DNA of 64,000 nt, from positions 310,001 to 374,000 of the forward strand of contig QPGO01000012.1 of assembly GCA_008632985.1 (NCBI GenBank). Reading direction: 5' to 3'. This document shows, piece by piece, positions 59,375 through 64,000 of this stretch. The stretch comes from Psammoneis japonica (lineage: Eukaryota). Within the stretch, counting starts at the first letter, position 1, and the number at the start of each line of letters is the position of its first letter. The notes under the pieces were generated by a model. The model made no database searches, was not told where the DNA came from, and saw nothing but the letters and a program-made list of their open reading frames with translations. A program made the position numbers and the translations under genes.

Positions 59375-60349
59375 TTGTGGTGTGTTCACTCTGGCTGTGC
59401 ACCTCCTGAAGCTGAAACTGGGTGCATCACGAAATGTGCTAGAAAACAATCAACACAAAAAATTGATCGCACCATGTCGTCTTCAAGCGACTTCACTGAC
59501 AACACAAATGGCACCAACCAAGTGCCACCAACACAAGACAGCAATGATGATGGCATGCCTCATGACAAGGACTTGGGGCTTGTGTCAACCCCTCACCTCT
59601 TTGGTCAAAAGCTGTTCTTCTCCCTGCATGTTTGTGACAGCAAAGAACTGTCTGCAGAAGAAAAGACGCTTGCGGATGCCAGTGTCTTGTCAATGAAAGT
59701 GGCCGGTCTCAGATCTCTTTGCCACAAGTGCAAGCATGTTCATGATGACAATCCTGCGCCAAAAAACATTTACACCACAGGCAATTCAGGCCACTTGAGG
59801 AAGCATCCGATGATGTGGTTCTGCATCTTCCGGCAGGAAGAAGCACATGTCGAAAAGCGCCCCTTCAGCACTTCCAAGAACTGGAGCCAGGCAGAAGATT
59901 CTCGCATCATTGAGATTTTAAGTGACCCGACCTTCCAGAAACCCCTCCAGCACCTTCGCCAAAAGGCTCCACATGTTGTGCTTGACGAAGGCAACCCGCC
60001 CCTTGTGGCTGTGTGCCGACATTTCATTGCTGTTTTGCACAACAATTTTGACAAGTGCAAACCAACCCATCGGTTTCCAGATGACCCACTTCTCAAGGCC
60101 TTCAATCCCAATGACAAGACCATTTCTTCCCATGCTCCAGATGTCTTGAAGTTGAGGGTTGGACAGCTTTGCAGCAGGTTGACAGCAGTGCACAAGGTTG
60201 GCATGAAGAGCGGCTTGGATCCGGAAGGTTTTGAGAGTGCTCTTGATCTGACCAACCCACTGGACCAATCCATTCTCTGTTGGTGGAAGGCAATTGACCT
60301 GAGTGATGATTCATCTGTTCTCAACAAGTTTGTGCATCTCCTTCATTAA
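59375..60349 (+). pseudogene. Hypermutated ORF of unknown function (324 aa), possibly part of the adjacent Helitron-like element
   Basis: Protein-like composition from MSSSSDF onward, but nearly Tyr-free; no recognisable motif. Confidence 0.4.
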
Positions 60350-61343
60350 ATTTGTCAGTGAATGCACACATTTGACAGTTTTTTCTCAAATTGGTTCCTC
60401 CTTTGTGGCAGGAACTCTGGACACAAATTGAGGAGGTGTGAAACCCAGGCTGGTTTGGATTGCCATGCGCACGAGCATCAGAATTTAGAGCTCTGATCTT
60501 TGCTTGCCACCAATCATTTTTTAAAAAAGTTGCATGGTTAAATGAGGGGTTGCACCCAATTAACATCTGATGAGATGCCACATTAAATTTCTAAGATCAC
60601 ACAAAAAAATGGGGGTCAAACATTGTTTTTCATGTGTGGATGTGTTGCAACAAAAGACGTGGGCTTTCCAATTTGTGTTTCTGTTTGGTGGTCTTCAGTG
60701 CCTGGACACATTGCAAAAGAGTCGTGCTTTCCAATTTGTGTGTGGCTCTGTTTGGTTGTTCGATTTTGCCAAGCGATGATGAGAGAACGGTTCTTTGCCA
60801 TTTGTTTCCATGCAGTTTTGTGTGTTTCTTCCATTGAAATGAGGTGTTGACACTGTGTCTTAGATTGCTCTTAATTGTTTGTCATCCGGGCACAGATGCA
60901 GATGGCCACAAACTCCTCATTTAAATGCTTGGAATTTTTCCCAAAAATTAGAACAAATTCCCAGATGCAGTGATGTGAGAATGTCATGTGTCAACTGGAC
61001 TGCAAAATGTCATCGCACTTTTCGTTGGTGAAGTGCATGACACTCCTTCCTTTCTTCAACTGGATCAGGGCATTGTGCCCATCTGGCAGGCCACACAGAC
61101 TTAAATCTTTCTTCAGCGGTTGCCGAAGATGCGGGCCATTTCTGGTCTTGACTCTGGAGAGCATGACATGCACCCAGTTTTGGGTGCAGCTCCAGCTGGG
61201 TGCAAACACACATTGTCAACACCGCTTTCTTGCAACTTGTGTCCCGCAGTTGCACTGCTTGTTGTGAATGACAGCTGGCTCACTTTTAGTCTGAGCGCGT
61301 GCTTCTCTTTTTCCTCATCCGTCAGCTGTTGGGTTGGGTCTTC

Positions 61344-61788
61344 TGCAACACACAGCCACTGATGAGAGTCAATGCATCACGGCGACGTGTTGCAGTTTAA
61401 ATGTCACAAAGGGAGTGACAAAAACAACCTTTTGTCTGCATGCACACTGCGCTGTGAATTCACAGCAGAGTGGTTCAATGCGCAACCATCAGGCAGGAGG
61501 CCAGGGGTTTGAAACCCTGAGTGGGAGTTGTCTGCAGCAACGTTGATCACTGTCGAACGCGTGGAACTCTGTGCAGTTCTGCATGTTCCTTCGCACGCAC
61601 CCACACTGTTCCGCCAAAACCATGCAGTGTCAGCACACGTTAGCAAAGAGCCGCATGGACGCGTGACACATGGGGAGGAGTGCAACACACAGCTGCCAAT
61701 GAGAGCCAATGCATCACGGCGACGTGTTGCAGTTTAAATGTCACAAAGGGAGTGACAAAAATGACCTTTTGTCTGCGTGCACACTGCA
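61344..61788 (+). mobile_element. TRIM copy 2 (445 bp)
   Basis: Terminal direct repeats tgcaacacac...acactgca; PPT; TSD CTTC. Confidence 0.9.
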
Positions 61789-62012
61789 CTTCTAAACAGG
61801 CTCCAAAAGTGCAAGATTCAGGCTTGAGTGAAAAGGTGGACAGACCAGTGGTTTTGTTGCTGTGCTTGAGTTCTGCATGATCCACCTGGGATGCTGTGAC
61901 ACCTTGAATGAATGTCCCACAATCTGGGACAACTTTTGATGAAGTTTTTCCTGGTTTGAGCATGACTTTCACTGTGGTTGCTTGTGTCCCATTCGCAGCG
62001 CCATTTGCCATG

Positions 62013-62460
62013 TGCAACACACAGCTGCCAATGAGAGTCAATGCATCACGGCGACGTGTTGCAGCCTTTAAATGTCACAACGGGCATGACAAAAACAACC
62101 TTTTGTCTGCATGCATGCTGCACCATGAATTCACAGCGGAGTGGTTCATCGCAACCATTTGGGCAGGAGGCCAGGGGTTCGAAACCCTGAGTGGGAGTTG
62201 TCTGCAGCAACGTTGATCACTGTCGAACGCGCAAAACTCTGTGCAGTTCTGTGTGTTCCTTCGCACGCACCCACACTGTTCCACCAAAACCGTGCAGTGT
62301 CAGCGCACGTCAGCAAAGAGCCGCATGGACGCGTGACACATGGGGAGGAGTGCAACACACAGCTGCCAATGAGAGTCAATGCATCACGGCGACGTGTTGC
62401 AGCCTTTAAATGTCACAATGGGCGTGACAAAAATGACCTTTTGTCTGCATGCATGCTGCA
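62013..62460 (+). mobile_element. TRIM copy 3 (448 bp)
   Basis: Terminal direct repeats; PPT; TSD CATG; removal rejoins the helicase frame (..HNENM|ANG..). Confidence 0.9.
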
Positions 62461-64000
62461 CATGTTCTCATTGTGCGGGATCATGACTCTGCATCCTTTG
62501 CGTGTGCACAAAACTGGGTCAAGCCTTCCAGACTGCACGTCAACATCGCTCTCTCCACAATTCTTCCAGAATGTTTTGCACACAGGGAAAGGTCCATGCT
62601 GTCTGGCTCCATCACACACTTGTGAATTGTTGCTGAAAATGGCCAAAGAGTCCAAGACTTCTCCATCTCTTTGGTGCAATTTCCTGGCTCTTTCTTCAAA
62701 CAAGGCTGAGTCAACAGAGTCTCTGTCTTTGTTCCTGTGTGTTGCACATTTGATGTTCTCTGGGAGCTCTTGACCATTTTTCACTGCTCTTTTGTTTTTT
62801 TTTCCAATGTCTTTGAGTGCCGCCTTGCCATCCCTGAATCGTTTCAGCAACTCACCCCACTCTGGATCATTGCTGAATCTGTGCATCCCATGTGGCTCGA
62901 TGCAACAGTTCACCCATTCCTGGAATTTGGCACAGGGTTCTTTGCAAGAGGGTTCATGCCATGTCCCACTGGCTTGAGTTGTCTCAGATCACCTGCAAAC
63001 ACTGCATTCATGCCCCCGCAAGGTCTCCCCAAATTTGATTTTAAAACAGATGGATTAGCGTGCAACTTTTCCAAGTCTCTTTTGCAAGCAGTGACATTTT
63101 GTTGACAATCAACAAATGGGTGTCACTCCAGCTTTCCATTTGTGTTTCTGTCATTTCTTTTTTCCTGTTTGAACAAGCCACTCTGTGAGTGGTGTGCCTC
63201 CTTTTAGAGCAGTTGCTGCTGCTCCAGTCATGGCAGCAACAGCCATTGTGTGCATTGTGAATGGTTGTTTGATTGGAGAGCAATGTTTGCTTGCACGCAA
63301 AACAACAAGATCAATGACAGTCAATTTCCCACTTCATCCTGCTCCATGCAAAAAACAGACATTGATTGTGTGGTCCGTCATGCACGTGCTTCAACCAACT
63401 TCGTCAATCTCCTGTGTTCTTTGTCAAACTCATGCATGCCTGATTCCTCCTCTGGCATTTCCGCTGGCTTGTTCTCCCAGAGCATCTTTGCAGCATGTCA
63501 AAACGAATGTTCCCACAACAACTTCAAATGCACGTCTTTGGTGTGGGTCCAGCTTGGCTTTTCTTGACCAATTGATCATGCTTTTGATGGAGCCATTCAC
63601 TTCATGGACATCAACCATTTCTTCTGAATTGGTTGTGTCTTGGAAGGATTGTCAAATGCGCTGAGTCTTGGCCACATCTGATTGTTGCTGCTTTCGCCAT
63701 TTTCTTTGTCAACCTCATCCTGTGGCGGTTCCATCATTTCCACAACAGGTTCCAAATTGATGACAGTGTCTCCACAAGCAGCAGCAATGTTCATGTGTGC
63801 CAAGTGTTGACATCCTGCAAGATGACTTCCTTTTTGCCTGGTGTGTTTGCCGCTTGAGTGTGACAGGACGGTTGCTTTGTCATTCATGTCTGACCCACCC
63901 TCGTGTTTGCATTCCACCAATTCTTCCAGGAGAGCATCAAGCAGCTGTCCTTGCGGAGCTGTCTTGGTTTCATCTTCACTGTCGTTTGCCCTTGTTTGAT

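Larger units (their letters stand above)
60991..63700 (-). pseudogene. Pif1-family (Helitron-type) helicase relic interrupted by two TRIMs
   Basis: FLHGAG*SGKLT (Walker A, ~63320-63355), TTIH, LLIVNKMS (Walker B), RPCGGMNAVFAGDLRQLKPV (motif III), HRFSNDPEWGELLKRFRDG, GCRVM..N, ANGTQA, AGHKLQ and VHVMLSRV (motifs V/VI). Confidence 0.85.

Noticed and set aside
61355..61375. CTGATGAG in a TRIM terminal repeat (possible hammerhead ribozyme/retrozyme)
   Set aside because: Sister repeats read CCAATGAG and CTGACAAG, all derivable from ancestral CTAATAAG by TA editing; no conserved GAAA core or stems were found.
62125..62200. Functional tRNA gene
   Set aside because: A/B boxes are present, but no convincing acceptor or anticodon stems; the segment lies inside a repeated TRIM.
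57115..62460. CRISPR-like or satellite array of ~105-bp repeats
   Set aside because: The repeats come in pairs with identical internal sequence, PPT and TSDs, so they are LTRs; the context is eukaryotic and no cas genes are present.
1..64000. Classical fungal RIP, or ADAR-type RNA editing during retrotransposition, as the cause of the bias
   Set aside because: RIP produces TpA rather than removing it. RNA editing would be strand-biased and limited to retroelements, whereas here both strands, DNA-transposon TIRs and gene flanks are affected, and twin LTRs differ after insertion.

Overview
Eukaryotic, repeat-rich DNA, most likely from a diatom (inferred from CoDi-type Ty1/Copia elements and STAND/AAA-ATPase relics). 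The backbone is a ~7-kb tandem unit carrying a minus-strand, intronless ~836-aa gene with a central PD-(D/E)xK nuclease-like region and a C-terminal protein kinase (Crinkler/CR REase+kinase architecture). There are five copies: two intact, one frameshifted, one internally deleted, and one with a MITE in its 3' end. Interleaved are two degenerate Copia relics, a full-length Copia with LTRs, a complete split-direct-repeat tyrosine-recombinase (DIRS-order) retrotransposon, hAT- and Harbinger-type MITEs, three ~445-bp TRIMs with a tRNA-like internal segment, and a Helitron-type Pif1 helicase pseudogene. The most striking signal is a RIP-like but chemically opposite hypermutation. In TE and spacer DNA, TpA has been almost eliminated by TpA->TpG/CpA (A-to-G on either strand), directly visible between paired LTRs, direct repeats and TIRs. 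The kinase genes and DNA next to their promoters are largely spared. Counts quoted are by-eye estimates; no searches were run.
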